Shown piece after piece: positions 27,622-38,441 of a DNA stretch of 60,658 bases (the stretch's first letter is position 1; each line of letters begins with the position of its first letter). The notes beneath the pieces are model-generated. The model saw only the letters and a list, made by a program, of their open reading frames with translations. It ran no database searches and had not been told where the DNA came from. Location of the stretch: NCBI GenBank assembly GCA_031426395.1, contig JANPLG010000399.1, forward strand, positions 1 to 60,658, in the 5' to 3' direction. The DNA is from Actinomycetes bacterium. GTDB lineage: Bacteria > Armatimonadota > SYMT01. The translations under genes and the position numbers were made by a program.

Positions 27622-28779
27622 TTAGCGGCCGTAGCGGCTGAGACCCACGATGTTCATCTTCGGTGGCGGCGTGATGGAGGGGACCTGGAAGCCGTTCACA
27701 GTCCCATCGTCACGGAGGGCGCCGGCTTCCCGCATGAACTTGAGGAAGGCGTCCTTGTCCGGGGCCTTGATCATCGCCTCTTCCTGACTCACCTTGCCGG
27801 AGAGCACGAGGTCGCTCAGGGACTGCTCCAGAGTCTGCATCCCTTCCTTCACGCCCGTCTGGATGACGGAAGGCAACTGGAAGGTCTTCCCTTCCCGGAT
27901 GAGGTTCCGGACGGCGGGGGTAGCGACCATAATCTCCACCGCCGCAGCACGGCCCTTGCCGCTGGAGAGCTTGAGGAGGGTCTGGGCCACAACGCCCCGG
28001 AGCGACTCTGAGAGCTGGGCGCGGATCTGCGCCTGCTGGTGAGATGGGAAGACATCAATGATGCGGTCGATGGTCTGTGCGGCGCTGCTGGTGTGGAGGG
28101 TGCCGAAGACAAGGTGGCCCGTTTCAGCCGCGGAGACAGCCAGCGAGATCGTTTCGAGGTCTCGCATTTCACCCACGAGGATCACATCCGGATCCTCGCG
28201 GAGGGCGGCGCGGAGGGCGCTGCTGAAGCTCATGGTGTGCGGCCCGACCTCCCGCTGGTTCACCACGCACTTCTTGTGGGGATGCACGAACTCGATTGGG
28301 TCCTCAACGGTCAGGATGTGGCCGTGGCGGGAGTTGTTCACCTGATCGATCAGGGCGGCTAGAGTGGTCGACTTGCCGGAGCCGGTGGGTCCGGTGACGA
28401 GGATCAGGCCGCGCTCATACTCGGACATCTTGCTGACGACGGGCGGCAGGCCCAACTCCTCCACAGACTTGATCTCGGTGGGGATGACGCGGAAGACAGC
28501 GCCCACGCCACGGTGCCCCATGAACGCGTTGACGCGGAACCGGCCCGCTGCACCGAAATCGAGCGAGAAATCGAGGTCGTTCGTCTCCTCGAAGCGGGCC
28601 CGCTGGCGGTCGTTCATGATCTGGTAGATCAGGTCATGCGTGGACTCACGGGTGAGCGGCGGGTAGCTCATCGGCTCGATCTCGCCGTGGATGCGGACGG
28701 CCGGGGGCAGGCCGACGGTGAGATGGAGGTCGGAGGCCCGGTTCTCGAGCGTGTAGATGAGCAGCTCTGCGATATCCAT
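27622..28779 (-). CDS. pilT: Type IV pilus retraction ATPase PilT
   Basis: ASDLHL, GPTGSGKSTT, TVEDPIE, LREDPDVILVGEMRD, GHLVFGTLHT, AVRNLIRE, GMQTLEQ. Confidence 0.95.
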   Translation of the reverse strand: MDIAELLIYTLENRASDLHLTVGLPPAVRIHGEIEPMSYPPLTRESTHDLIYQIMNDRQRARFEETNDLDFSLDFGAAGRFRVNAFMGHRGVGAVFRVIPTEIKSVEELGLPPVVSKMSEYERGLILVTGPTGSGKSTTLAALIDQVNNSRHGHILTVEDPIEFVHPHKKCVVNQREVGPHTMSFSSALRAALREDPDVILVGEMRDLETISLAVSAAETGHLVFGTLHTSSAAQTIDRIIDVFPSHQQAQIRAQLSESLRGVVAQTLLKLSSGKGRAAAVEIMVATPAVRNLIREGKTFQLPSVIQTGVKEGMQTLEQSLSDLVLSGKVSQEEAMIKAPDKDAFLKFMREAGALRDDGTVNGFQVPSITPPPKMNIVGLSRYGR

Positions 28780-28861
28780 AACTGGATAGCTTCCTTTCCG
28801 AGGGCGTTCCGCCCCGTTGAAACCGGTGCCAATGAGCGAGGGAATGGAGCGGGGAGGTGAG

Positions 28862-29932
28862 TTAACGCCCGAGGGAGACGAAGCCGCGCATCTTGAGGCG
28901 GAGGTCGTTCGGGCTGTCCGCCGCGAGGAGGGCCGCGTCCTGATCGATGTGCCCCTGCTCATAGAGGGCGTAGAGGGATTGGTCGAAGGTGACCATCCCG
29001 TCCCGGTCGCCCTGCGCAATCGCCATCTTCAGCTCGCCGATGTCGCCGCGCTTGAGCAATTCGCGGACGCGCGGCGTGCCGACCATGATCTCCGAGCAGA
29101 GGCAGTAGGAGCCGGCGATGCCTCGGATCAACCGCTGCGAGGCGATCCCGCGAAGGTTGAAGGCGAGGAGCGAGAGGATCTCGTGGTGGCGGTCCGCAGG
29201 GAAGAACTGCAGCAGACGCTCCACCGTTTGGTTGGCGTTGGTGCTGTGCAGAGTCCCCATCACGAGGTGGCCGGTCTCAGAGAGGTGGAGCGCCGCTTCC
29301 GCCGCTTCCTGATCCCGAAGCTCACCCATCAGCAGCACGTCCGGGGCCTGACGAAGGGCGGCCTTCAGACCCTCGTGGAACGACTCCACGTCCATGCCGA
29401 CTTCCCGCTGGCTCACCACGCATCCCTTGTCCGGGTGGAGGAACTCAATGGGGTCCTCCAGGGTGACGATGTGGCCGTGGGTGTTCTCGTTTCGCCAGTC
29501 GACCATCGCCGCGAGAGTGGTGGACTTGCCACTGCCGGTGGCGCCGGTGACGAGGATGAGACCGCGGCGCTCCATGGAGAGCGTCTTGAGGACCTCCGGT
29601 AGGCCGAGTTCCTCCGCAGTAGGGACGCCGGTGTTGATGCGACGGAAACAGAAGGCGACGGTGCCCCGCTGGCGGTAGGCGTTACCGCGGAAGCGCCCTA
29701 CTCCGGGTATGGCGTAACTGAAGTCCGCCTGGTTGGTTCGCTCGAAGATCCCCTGCTCACGCGGCCGGAGGATGCGGCTGATCAGCGCATCGGTATCGTC
29801 CGCGCGGACCACCGGGTGGTCGGAGCGGATGGCGCGACCGGAGATCTTGTACGTGGGAGGAACGGGGACCTTGAGGAAGAGGTCCGAGGCGCGAAGCTCC
29901 TCCATCTGGCCCAGCAGGCTATCGAGATCCAT
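28862..29932 (-). CDS. pilU: PilT/PilU family ATPase (PilU-like)
   Basis: ASDLFL, GATGSGKSTT, LRQAPDVLLMGELRD, GHLVMGTLHS; lacks the AIRNLIRE motif; GGAG RBS. Confidence 0.8.
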   Translation of the reverse strand: MDLDSLLGQMEELRASDLFLKVPVPPTYKISGRAIRSDHPVVRADDTDALISRILRPREQGIFERTNQADFSYAIPGVGRFRGNAYRQRGTVAFCFRRINTGVPTAEELGLPEVLKTLSMERRGLILVTGATGSGKSTTLAAMVDWRNENTHGHIVTLEDPIEFLHPDKGCVVSQREVGMDVESFHEGLKAALRQAPDVLLMGELRDQEAAEAALHLSETGHLVMGTLHSTNANQTVERLLQFFPADRHHEILSLLAFNLRGIASQRLIRGIAGSYCLCSEIMVGTPRVRELLKRGDIGELKMAIAQGDRDGMVTFDQSLYALYEQGHIDQDAALLAADSPNDLRLKMRGFVSLGR

Positions 29933-30178
29933 GGCTCCATCCCGGGAGGGATCTACTTGGCCGCGTAAAGCGCTGTCACGCTCCCACTCTACGGCACGAT
30001 CCCTCACCGAGGACGGATTATCGGCGCATCCCGCGATCACTGAAGGCCGATTGCTAGGGCACGCCGCGATCTTGAGGCCAACGCCCCGCTACCTCACGGT
30101 CGCGGCTCGGCATCCTTCGGTAGTCGAGGCCGTTCCGCTGGACGGATGCAGTCTCCGACACCCCGATCCGGAAGGGTT

Positions 30179-30955
30179 CTACCGGCCTGGATCGTGGGGG
30201 CCGAGGGTGAGGACGTCGGGTCCGCTGCGGGTCACCGCCACCGTGTGCTCGAAGTGGGCGCTGACGCTGCCGTCCGTGGTGACCACGGTCCAGTTGTCCG
30301 GAAGCACCACGATTTCGGGTCCGCCGGCATTGACCATCGGCTCAATGGCGAGTGTCATGCCTTCCAACAGAAGCGGGTTGGCGTGCTGCTCGTCGATATA
30401 GTTCGGAATCTGCGGGTCCTCGTGGAGCCGGCTGCCGATGCCGTGGCCCACCATCTCACGGACCACGGAGAAGCCGTGCTTCTCCACATACTCCTGGATG
30501 GCGCCGCTGATGTCATACATGCGGCCACGGAACCGGATGGCCTGGATTCCGGCCCAGAGGGCGTCCTGCGTCACCCTGAGAAGCCGCTGGATCTCCTCGG
30601 TCGATTTGCCTACCGCCACCGTGGTGGCGCTGTCCGCATGAAATCCTCGGAGGCGGCAACCGAAGTCGAGCTTGACCACATCGCCGTCCCGAAGGACCCG
30701 CTCACGGCTGGGGATGCCGTGGACCACTTCCTTGTTGAGGGAGGCGCAGACGCTGCCAGGAAAACCCTTGTATCCAAGGAAGGACGGGGACGCGCCATGC
30801 CGCCGGCAGAGGGTGAGGGCGATCTGGTCCAGCTCATAGGTGGAGACGCCGGGCCGGGACGCGTCCCGGAGAGCCGCGAGAACGGTAGAGACGACTTTGC
30901 CGGCATCCCGCATCTTCTCGATGTCGCGGGGATTTTTGTAGACGGTTCTGCCCAT
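30179..30955 (-). CDS. map: Methionine aminopeptidase type I
   Basis: CASLNKEVVHGIP, KLDFG, HADSA, GHGIG, AIEPM, SAHFEHTV. Confidence 0.97.
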   Translation of the reverse strand: MGRTVYKNPRDIEKMRDAGKVVSTVLAALRDASRPGVSTYELDQIALTLCRRHGASPSFLGYKGFPGSVCASLNKEVVHGIPSRERVLRDGDVVKLDFGCRLRGFHADSATTVAVGKSTEEIQRLLRVTQDALWAGIQAIRFRGRMYDISGAIQEYVEKHGFSVVREMVGHGIGSRLHEDPQIPNYIDEQHANPLLLEGMTLAIEPMVNAGGPEIVVLPDNWTVVTTDGSVSAHFEHTVAVTRSGPDVLTLGPHDPGR

Positions 30956-31008
30956 GGGGGAAAGCCTGAGCACGGAAGTCACCGTGCCGAGTGATCGGGG
31001 AGCGATGA

Positions 31009-31065
31009 GAGGATGGAGGATGGAGGATGGGAACGCGCGGCGTTAGCGCCGCGCTAACGCTGCGC
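31009..31065. repeat. GAGGATG x3 plus a 14-bp hairpin over the adk stop
   Basis: Heptamers at 31009-31029; GCGCGGCGTTAGCG / CGCTAACGCTGCGC at 31035-31065. Confidence 0.7.
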
Positions 31066-31701
31066 GAGGATGTCTACGATGGCGGCCGTCACCTCATCCA
31101 CGGAACGGGTGCCGTCAATTTCACGGAGCAGGCTTCGCTGCCGGTAGTGGTCAATGAGCGGTTCGGTCCGCTCATGATACACACGAAGTCGCTCGCGGAC
31201 GGTCTCCACCTCATCGTCGTCCCGCTGCTCAAGCGCCGTTCCGCAGTCGTCGCAGACGCCGGACTGGCGAGGGGGGAAGAGCTCCAGGTGGTAGGAGCGT
31301 CCGCACGAGGAGCAGATCCGCCGCGAGGAGATGCGGCCGATAATCTCCTCATCGGGAACGCGAAGGTTTACCACCGCGTCCAGGGACTGCCTGCGTGTGG
31401 CGAGAATTGTCTCCAGTGCTTCTGCCTGGCGCACCGTACGCGGGAAGCCGTCCAGGAGGTAGCCATCGTTGGCCTTCTCAGAGCAGAGGCACTCCTGCAC
31501 AAGCTGGATGATCAGGTCGTCTGGCACCAGGTGGCCCTGATCCGTGTAGCGCTTGCCTTCCAGCCCAAGATGCGTACCGTCTTCCGCCGCGCTGCGGAGC
31601 ATATCACCGGTGGAAATCTTGGGGATGCGGAGCTGCGTGACCAGCAGCTTGGCCTGGGTGCCTTTCCCGGCGCCGGGTGGCCCCAACAGTATCAGCCTCA
31701 T
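31054..31701 (-). CDS. adk: Adenylate kinase (Zn-LID type)
   Basis: GPPGAGKGTQ, ISTGDMLR, GYLLDGFPR, CSSC...CDDC LID, QRDDD. Confidence 0.97.
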   Translation of the reverse strand: MRLILLGPPGAGKGTQAKLLVTQLRIPKISTGDMLRSAAEDGTHLGLEGKRYTDQGHLVPDDLIIQLVQECLCSEKANDGYLLDGFPRTVRQAEALETILATRRQSLDAVVNLRVPDEEIIGRISSRRICSSCGRSYHLELFPPRQSGVCDDCGTALEQRDDDEVETVRERLRVYHERTEPLIDHYRQRSLLREIDGTRSVDEVTAAIVDILAQR

Positions 31702-31814
31702 GGGGTCTCTTGTCTCCACGTCTCAGCGCTGAGAGCCGTCGGGCGTGCCACCGATCCGATTGCAGGCCGTGCTAGCGGCTAGTCGCCGACACCCCTACCA
31801 GCGGAGAGCTGGCT

Positions 31815-31859
31815 TAAAACAAAGCGGAGGGGAGAAACGGATGCCCGTTCTCCCCTCCG
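31815..31859 (-). terminator. Intrinsic terminator downstream of secY
   Basis: About 15-bp GC stem with a 4-nt loop (31825-31859) followed on the minus strand by CTTTGTTTTA. Confidence 0.65.
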
Positions 31860-31893
31860 GTCGGCTTTCAGGACGGCTTTTGATGCCGTCATT

Positions 31894-33255
31894 CTACCGC
31901 AAGCTGGGAGTTGATGCAGCAGCACCGCGACCGCCGCGGCGGCTGGACTGCTTGATGAACCCCTCGTAGTTGCGCATCACTAGGTGAGCTTCCAGGTTCT
32001 GCATGGAATCCAGCGCCACGCCCACCGCGATGAGCAGGGAGGTGCCGCCGACCAGCGAGAAGGTCTGGACCTGGGTGATGTTCGGGATCCAGTACTGCGT
32101 CAGGCCGATGACGGCCAGGAACGCAGCGCCCGCGAAGGTGATGCGGGTGAGGACCCGGTCCAGGTACTCCTGGGTCTGCTTGCCCGGCCGGATGCCCGGG
32201 ATGAACGAGCCGTACTTCTTCAGGTTGTCCGTCAACTCCGGGATGTTGATCTGGATGGCCGCGTAGAAGTAGGTGAACGCCAGGATCAGCAAGGCGTAGG
32301 CCAGGGTGCCGAACCAGTGGCTGCCAGGGGTGGTGTACTTCACCACGCCCTGCGCGAACTGGCTGAACCAGCCCGTGTCCGCCGGCTTGGCGAAGTAGGA
32401 GAAAATCGTGGCCGGGAACATCATCAGAGAGATGGCGAAGATGATGGGCATCACACCTGCGGTGTTCACCTTGAACGGCAGAAACGTGCTCTGGGCCGGA
32501 GCCATCCGTCCCCCGGCCTGCCGTTTGGCATGCTGGATGGGGATCCTCCGGGTGCCGCCGGTCACGTAGATCACCCCCACGATGGTGGCGATGAACAGCA
32601 CGATCAGCGCAATCCCCTGAAGGAGGCCCACCGCCCCATTGGCGGAGAGTTGCACCCAGGTGTTCCGGATGTCGTAGGGGAGACGGGTGAGGATGCTGGT
32701 GAAGATCAGCACGCTGACCCCCTGCCCAATCCCCTTCTCCGTGATCGATTCCCCCAGCCACATCAGGAAGGTGGTGCCAGCCGTCAGGGTGACGATCACC
32801 TGGAGGCGGGTGAGCCAGCTTCCGTAGAAGATTCCCGCTCCCGCGTTGTTGGAGAGCATGGTGATCAGTCCGAACGCCTGCACCACCGCCAGGATCACCG
32901 TCAGCCGACGGGTGTATTTGGCGATCAGCTTGCGTCCGGCCTCGCCTTCCTTCTGCGCCTTTTCCAGTTCGGGGATGGCGACAGTGAGAAGCTGCATCAC
33001 GATGGAGGCGTTGATGTAGGGGGTGATCCCCAGCGCGAAGATGGTGAACTTCCGCAGCGCCCCACCACTGAAGGTGTCCAGGAGCTGAAGCAAGCCCAGA
33101 TTGCCCTGCTTGAAAAGGGCTTCCATCTTGGTAGAGTCAACCCCGGGAACCGGGATGTGGAGACCCACCACAAACACCATGATCATCCCGAGCACGAAGA
33201 GCAGGCGAGCCCGCACCTCCGGGATGGTCCACGCCGCCACCAGATTCCTGAGCAT
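31894..33255 (-). CDS. secY: Preprotein translocase SecY
   Basis: IPVPGVD, FALGITPYINASIVMQLL, GIGQGVS, NTAGVMPIIFA, FIPGIRPG, GGTSLLIAVGV. Confidence 0.98.
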   Translation of the reverse strand: MLRNLVAAWTIPEVRARLLFVLGMIMVFVVGLHIPVPGVDSTKMEALFKQGNLGLLQLLDTFSGGALRKFTIFALGITPYINASIVMQLLTVAIPELEKAQKEGEAGRKLIAKYTRRLTVILAVVQAFGLITMLSNNAGAGIFYGSWLTRLQVIVTLTAGTTFLMWLGESITEKGIGQGVSVLIFTSILTRLPYDIRNTWVQLSANGAVGLLQGIALIVLFIATIVGVIYVTGGTRRIPIQHAKRQAGGRMAPAQSTFLPFKVNTAGVMPIIFAISLMMFPATIFSYFAKPADTGWFSQFAQGVVKYTTPGSHWFGTLAYALLILAFTYFYAAIQINIPELTDNLKKYGSFIPGIRPGKQTQEYLDRVLTRITFAGAAFLAVIGLTQYWIPNITQVQTFSLVGGTSLLIAVGVALDSMQNLEAHLVMRNYEGFIKQSSRRGGRGAAASTPSLR

Positions 33256-33695
33256 TATCCCAGCACCTCCGCCGTGCCGCCGGCCTGGGTGATCTTGTCC
33301 TGCGCGCTCTTGCTGAACTTGTGCGCCCGAACGGTGAGGGCGACCGTCAGCTCCCCGTCGCCGAGGATCTTCACGCCGTCCTTCACATCACGGATGACGC
33401 GCTTCTCCAGCAGGAGCTCCGGGGTGACTTCCGTTCCGGCCGCGAATTGGGCCAGGTCGGAGAGGTTCACCACCGTGAACTCTTTCGCAAAGATGTTGTT
33501 GAAGCCGCGGAAGCGGGGCAGCCGGCGATGCAAGGGGGTCTGACCACCCTCGAAGCCCGGCCGCACCGTGTTGCGGGAGTGCTGGCCCTTGGCTCCACGG
33601 CAAGAGGTCTTGCCGTGGCCACTGCCGATGCCCCGACCCACGCGTTTGGCGCGGTGCTTGGCCCCGGGGTTGGGCGAAAGAGTCGTCTCAGCCAT
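33255..33695 (-). CDS. rplO: 50S ribosomal protein L15
   Basis: [34 protein letters not shown]. Confidence 0.96.
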   Translation of the reverse strand: MAETTLSPNPGAKHRAKRVGRGIGSGHGKTSCRGAKGQHSRNTVRPGFEGGQTPLHRRLPRFRGFNNIFAKEFTVVNLSDLAQFAAGTEVTPELLLEKRVIRDVKDGVKILGDGELTVALTVRAHKFSKSAQDKITQAGGTAEVLG

Positions 33696-33699
33696 GCGC

Positions 33700-33894
33700 T
33701 TACGCCTCGTCCTGGATTTCCTCGACCCTGACGAGGTGGGTGACGTGCTGAACCATCCCAAGGATGGGGAGCGTCGCCTCGTGGATCGCACTGCTGTTGA
33801 TGCGCCGCAGCCCGAGGCCGCGCACGGTGCCGCGCTGCTTGGGCGGGCACCCGATGGTGCTCTTGATGAGCGTGACCTTGATCTTACTCGGCAT
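33700..33894 (-). CDS. rpmD: 50S ribosomal protein L30
   Basis: [19 protein letters not shown]. Confidence 0.95.
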   Translation of the reverse strand: MPSKIKVTLIKSTIGCPPKQRGTVRGLGLRRINSSAIHEATLPILGMVQHVTHLVRVEEIQDEA

Positions 33895-34459
33895 TGCCGT
33901 TGCTCCCGTTCGCTCCTAGCAGCACCGGGGCATCCGCCGCCTGAGCGGTCACCTGGCGCCGAACGGGCATCCGCCTTGGGTCGATGCCGCGGCGCTCCGC
34001 GACTTCTTCCGGGGTGCGGAGGGACTGGAGCGCCTTGATGGTGGCCCAGGCCGCGTTGATGGGGTTGGACGAGCCGAGGGACTTGGCCAGCACGTCTCGC
34101 ACGCCGGCCGCCTCAAGCACGGCGCGGACGGAGCCGCCCGCCACCACGCCAGTTCCGGGGGAAGCCGGCTTCAGCATGACGGTGGAGGCGCCGTAGTGGA
34201 TCAGCACCGGATGCGGGATGGTGGTGCCATCGAGAGGAACCAGGATCAGCTCCTTCTTGGCACCTTCCACGGCCTTCCGGATGGCGTCCGGAATGCCGCG
34301 CGCCTTGCCGATGGCGGCGCCCACATGGCCGTGGCCGTCACCGACCACCACCAGGGCGTTCCAGCTCAGCGTCCGCCCACCCTTGTGGGTCTTCTGGCAC
34401 TTGTTGGTCTTAACTACCCGCTCCGTGAGCTCAAGGGAGTTGGGATCAATCTTGGGCAT
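33884..34459 (-). CDS. rpsE: 30S ribosomal protein S5
   Basis: [36 protein letters not shown]. Confidence 0.97.
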   Translation of the reverse strand: MPKIDPNSLELTERVVKTNKCQKTHKGGRTLSWNALVVVGDGHGHVGAAIGKARGIPDAIRKAVEGAKKELILVPLDGTTIPHPVLIHYGASTVMLKPASPGTGVVAGGSVRAVLEAAGVRDVLAKSLGSSNPINAAWATIKALQSLRTPEEVAERRGIDPRRMPVRRQVTAQAADAPVLLGANGSNGNAE

Positions 34460-34521
34460 GTTACTTGCACACCTTTGGTGGCCGCCCCCAGGAGAGGGCG
34501 GCCAGAGAGGGATGAGACCCC

Positions 34522-34881
34522 CTAGAAAACGAGACCACCCTCGCGAGCAGCATCGGCCAGGGCGGCTACGCGCCCGTGGTAAGCGAATCCACCGCGATCG
34601 AAGATCACCGTGGTGACGCCGGCGGCTTTCGCGCGCTCGGCCACCAGGGCGCCGACCTTCTTCGCGGCTTCCACGTTGCCGCCGTAGTCCACGCCCGCGC
34701 GCAGGTCCTTGTCAATCGTTGAAGCCGCAGCCAGAGTATGGCCCTCGGTATCGTCGATAACCTGCGCGTAGATGTGGTGCTCGCTGCGGTACACCGCCAG
34801 GCGCGGACGCGCTGCGGTGCCGGAAATCTTTTTGCGCACGCGGCGATGGCGGCGCTGTCTGAGTGCTTGCCGGTTGAACAT
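34522..34881 (-). CDS. rplR: 50S ribosomal protein L18
   Basis: [34 protein letters not shown]. Confidence 0.97.
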   Translation of the reverse strand: MFNRQALRQRRHRRVRKKISGTAARPRLAVYRSEHHIYAQVIDDTEGHTLAAASTIDKDLRAGVDYGGNVEAAKKVGALVAERAKAAGVTTVIFDRGGFAYHGRVAALADAAREGGLVF

Positions 34882-34890
34882 CGGTTATTC

Positions 34891-35463
34891 CTACTTCTTG
34901 CCGCCCTTGCCGCCCTTGGCGCTCTTGCCAGCCTTGCGGCGTACAGCCTCGCCCCGGTACCGGATCCCCTTACCCTTGTAAGGCTCCGGCTTCTTGAGGG
35001 CGCGGATCTCCGCCGCCTGCTGCCCTACCAGCTCCTTGTCGATCCCGATGACCCGCAGCCAGAACTGGCGGGTGTTGGTCTCCTGGCCGACTTCGAACCT
35101 GATCCCGGGCTTGGGGTGGACTTCCACGAGGTGGGAGTACCCGATCTGCATCCGGACCGCCTCGCCGATCTTTTCGGCGCGGAAGCCGACGCCGACGATG
35201 TCGAGCGTCTTCTCATAGCCGTCCGTCACGCCCTTGACCATGTTGGCCACCAGCGTCCGAACGAGCCCGTGCATGGCGCGGGCCGCCTGCTCATCGCTGG
35301 GGCGCTCCACCAGGAGCTGCCCGTCTTCCTGGCGCAGGATGATGCCACCAGGAACATCCCGCTCCAGGGACCCCTTGGGGCCCTTGACTACTATGTGGCC
35401 ATTGTTCCTGGTCACTTCCACCCCCGCGGGGAGAGGGATGGGTTGCTTACCGATCCGAGACAT
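34891..35463 (-). CDS. rplF: 50S ribosomal protein L6
   Basis: MSRIGKQPI, VKGPKG, PEPYKGKGIRY. Confidence 0.97.
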   Translation of the reverse strand: MSRIGKQPIPLPAGVEVTRNNGHIVVKGPKGSLERDVPGGIILRQEDGQLLVERPSDEQAARAMHGLVRTLVANMVKGVTDGYEKTLDIVGVGFRAEKIGEAVRMQIGYSHLVEVHPKPGIRFEVGQETNTRQFWLRVIGIDKELVGQQAAEIRALKKPEPYKGKGIRYRGEAVRRKAGKSAKGGKGGKK

Positions 35464-35586
35464 CGCTCAACTCCGTTCACAGTTCCGCGTTCCGGTTCAA
35501 CCGTTGGGCAGAGCCACCGTCGGTAACGGGGGCGCCACCCGGCGCGCTAACTGGAAAACCGATAGATGCCGCCTGCTAGCACATCG

Positions 35587-35988
35587 CTACCAGACGTAAC
35601 AGAGAACCTCGCCCCCCAGCTTGCGCCGCCGGGCCTCACGGTCCGGTAGCACGCCGCTGCTGGTGCTTAGAATGGCGATCCCGAGGCCATTGACCACGCG
35701 CGGGATCTTCGTTGCGGGAGAGTACACCCGCAGACCGGGCTTGCTCACCCGCTTGAGCTGGCTTAGAACCGGCTCTCGCTTGGCGCTGTACTTCAGGAAG
35801 ACACGGATGATGCCTTGCTTGTCGTCCTGAATGGATTGATAGCCCCGGATGAACTTTTCTTGCGCCAGGATCTTGACGATCTCCAGCTTCAAGCGCGAGC
35901 CGGGGATTTCCACCTGCTCGTGGCCCGCCCGGGACGCGTTGCGGATTCGTGTGAGGAGATCCGCGATCGGGTCCGTTACCGAACTCAT
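35587..35988 (-). CDS. rpsH: 30S ribosomal protein S8
   Basis: [32 protein letters not shown]. Confidence 0.97.
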   Translation of the reverse strand: MSSVTDPIADLLTRIRNASRAGHEQVEIPGSRLKLEIVKILAQEKFIRGYQSIQDDKQGIIRVFLKYSAKREPVLSQLKRVSKPGLRVYSPATKIPRVVNGLGIAILSTSSGVLPDREARRRKLGGEVLCYVW

Positions 35989-36000
35989 CTAGTTAACCTC

Positions 36001-36186
36001 TTACCAGCTTGCTTTGGTCACGCCGGGAATGAGTCCCCGGAGCGCCATCTCACGCAGACAGATCCGGCACAGGCCGAACTTGCGGAAGTACCCACGTGCC
36101 CGTCCACAAACGTTGCAACGCTTGTAGCTGCGCACCTGGAACTTCTGCGGCCGCCTGGCCTTCACGATGAGAGCGACTTTAGCCAT
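36001..36186 (-). CDS. rpsN: 30S ribosomal protein S14, Zn-binding type
   Basis: CNVCGRARG...[16 protein letters not shown]. Confidence 0.97.
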   Translation of the reverse strand: MAKVALIVKARRPQKFQVRSYKRCNVCGRARGYFRKFGLCRICLREMALRGLIPGVTKASW

Positions 36187-38221
36187 GCTCCTCGCGTTCC
36201 TTCCTTGCCTTCTCGATCACCTGCAGCGCCACGTTGCCGGGCACTTCCTCGTAATGACTGAACGAGGTGGTGAATTTCCCTCGCCCCCGCGCAATGCTGC
36301 GCAGCTCGATGGCGTAGCTCTGTAGTTCCGCCTGAGGCGCCGAGGCCCGGATGCATTGACGCCCGTTGCCTATCGGCTCCATCCCCAGGATGCGGCCCCG
36401 CCGCGTGTTCATATCACTGATCACGTCACCCATGTACTGCTCGGGAACCGTGATCTCGAGATTGCTCACGGGCTCCACCAACACCGGTCGGCATTTCTCC
36501 ATGCCGGCCCGGAATGCCAGATGGGCCGCCTGCCGGAACGCCATCTCAGACGAGTCGACATCGTGAAACGAGCCGTCGTCACAGGTGGCTTTAAAATCCA
36601 CGACAGGAAACCCGCCCAGAATACCATGCTCCGTCGCTTCATGCAGCCCTTTATCTACGGCGGGAATGAACTGGCGCGGAATTGACCCTCCAACGATGGC
36701 GTCCACGAACTGGTAGCCGGCTCCGCGCTCCAACGGCTCGAACTTGACCCAGCAGTCGCCGAACTGGCCGCGACCCCCCGTCTGCTTCTTGTGGCGCCCC
36801 TGGACGCGCGCCGTGCCGGTGATCGTCTCCCGATAGGAGATGCGGACGGCGACCTCCCTGACGTGGGTCCCATGCCGCTTCAGCCGGTCGATGACGACGG
36901 CGAGGTGGGTGTCTCCCTGGCCGGAGATGATGGTCTGACCGGTCTCCGGCTCACGGTGGAAGTGGAAGGTGGGGTCCTCCTCCGCCAGGCGGCCCAGCGC
37001 GGGGCCCATCCTGTCCTCGTCCGCCTTGGTGAGAGCCACGACGGCGCGGCTGTAGGAGGGCGCGGGGAACTCGATGCCGGGAAGCGTCTCGGACTTGCCG
37101 CGCTCGCAGAGGGTGTCTCCGGTGCCGGTGCCGGCGAGCTTGGCCGTGGCAGCGATATCGCCGGCAGCCACATCCGTCAGCGGCTCCTGCTGCTTTCCGC
37201 GCAGCGCGAAGAGCTGGCCCAGATGCTCCTCATGGTGGCGCTGGGCATTCTGGACATAGGCGCCGCCCTTGAGGACCCCGCCGTACACGCGGTAGTAGGT
37301 GACCTTGCCGACGTAGGGATCGCTCTGGGTCTTGAAGACGAGGGCCTGGAGGGGCGCTTCCTCCCTCGCGCCGGCCGCGCCGGCCTCGGCAGCGGAAGGG
37401 GTCATCTCGACGAGCGCATCGAGGAGCGCGTGGATTCCGGTGCAGTTGGAAGCAGCGGTGAAGAGAACCGGAATGGTATTCCCGGACTTGATCGCCTTCA
37501 CGATTCCGGCACACAGTTCGTCACCGGTGAGCTGCTCGCCGCCAAGGTATTTCTCCAGCAGTGAGTCATCCGCTTCGGCGGCGCACTCCATGAGGCATTC
37601 GCGGACACGGTCCACCTCCCGCTGGCAAGACGGGGGCACAGGACCGGTCTGGACGTCCTTGCCGCTGCCGGTGTAGGCGATGCCCCGCAGCACGTCCACC
37701 ACGCCCTGGAACGAGCGCTCCTGCCCAATGGGGATCTGCACCGGCACGCACCGGCCGCCGAAGACGCCCGTGATCGATTCCATCACCCGGCCGTAATCCG
37801 CGTTCTCCCGGTCCATCTTGTTGACCACGATTATCTTCGGGATGTGCCGGTCCGCCGCCAGCTCCCAGGCGGCCTCCGTGCCGACCTCCACGCCGGAAGG
37901 ACCGTTCACGGTCAGCAGGGCGGTATCGGCAACGCGGACCCCGCTGCCGACCTCTCCGATGAAGTCGAGATAGCCGGGAGCGTCCAGCAGGTTGATCTTG
38001 GCGTTCTCCCACTCCAGGGGCGCCAGCGCGAGGTTAATACTGATCCTTCGCTTCACCTCTTCCGGATCGAAGTCGGTGCGGGAACTGCCCTCGTCCACGC
38101 GGCCCAGACGGTCGACCGCGCCGGAGACGTAGAGCATGGCTTCCGTGAGGCTGGTCTTGCCGGAACCCTGGTGGCCGGCCACGACCACGTTGTGGATGGC
38201 ATCGCTGCGGTACCGCTTCAT
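36179..38221 (-). CDS. fusA: Elongation factor G paralog (EF-G2/EFG II type)
   Basis: All five EF-G domains; G1 GHQGSGKT, switch I RRISI, G3 DAPGY, G4 NKMD; domain [13 protein letters not shown] and [14 protein letters not shown]; AAGGAGG RBS. Confidence 0.93.
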   Translation of the reverse strand: MKRYRSDAIHNVVVAGHQGSGKTSLTEAMLYVSGAVDRLGRVDEGSSRTDFDPEEVKRRISINLALAPLEWENAKINLLDAPGYLDFIGEVGSGVRVADTALLTVNGPSGVEVGTEAAWELAADRHIPKIIVVNKMDRENADYGRVMESITGVFGGRCVPVQIPIGQERSFQGVVDVLRGIAYTGSGKDVQTGPVPPSCQREVDRVRECLMECAAEADDSLLEKYLGGEQLTGDELCAGIVKAIKSGNTIPVLFTAASNCTGIHALLDALVEMTPSAAEAGAAGAREEAPLQALVFKTQSDPYVGKVTYYRVYGGVLKGGAYVQNAQRHHEEHLGQLFALRGKQQEPLTDVAAGDIAATAKLAGTGTGDTLCERGKSETLPGIEFPAPSYSRAVVALTKADEDRMGPALGRLAEEDPTFHFHREPETGQTIISGQGDTHLAVVIDRLKRHGTHVREVAVRISYRETITGTARVQGRHKKQTGGRGQFGDCWVKFEPLERGAGYQFVDAIVGGSIPRQFIPAVDKGLHEATEHGILGGFPVVDFKATCDDGSFHDVDSSEMAFRQAAHLAFRAGMEKCRPVLVEPVSNLEITVPEQYMGDVISDMNTRRGRILGMEPIGNGRQCIRASAPQAELQSYAIELRSIARGRGKFTTSFSHYEEVPGNVALQVIEKARKEREEHG

Positions 38222-38409
38222 CGCGTTTCCTCCTTATGACAGCATCATCGATGTCAGTCCGAGGGACTCAACTAGCGCATAGGGGCGCACTCAGGGAGCG
38301 CCTTCGGCATCACCGGCCGCAGGTGAACTCGAACGCCGGGAGATTGGGGGGGATGCAAGGAAGAGAGGAAGTCTGGATGGTCCATGCTTCCCCTCTTCAA
38401 AGGTTCCAC

Positions 38410-38441
38410 CCGTCCGGCGGGACGAGCCATCCGCCGGACGG
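38410..38441 (-). other. 11-bp perfect hairpin just after the rplE stop
   Basis: CCGTCCGGCGG / CCGCCGGACGG with a 10-nt loop; no U tract. Confidence 0.6.

Noticed and set aside
31984-33543. 519-aa plus-strand ORF
   Set aside because: Antisense shadow of secY-rplO caused by high-GC codon bias; the same applies to 40903-42129, 43440-44462 and 49028-50752.
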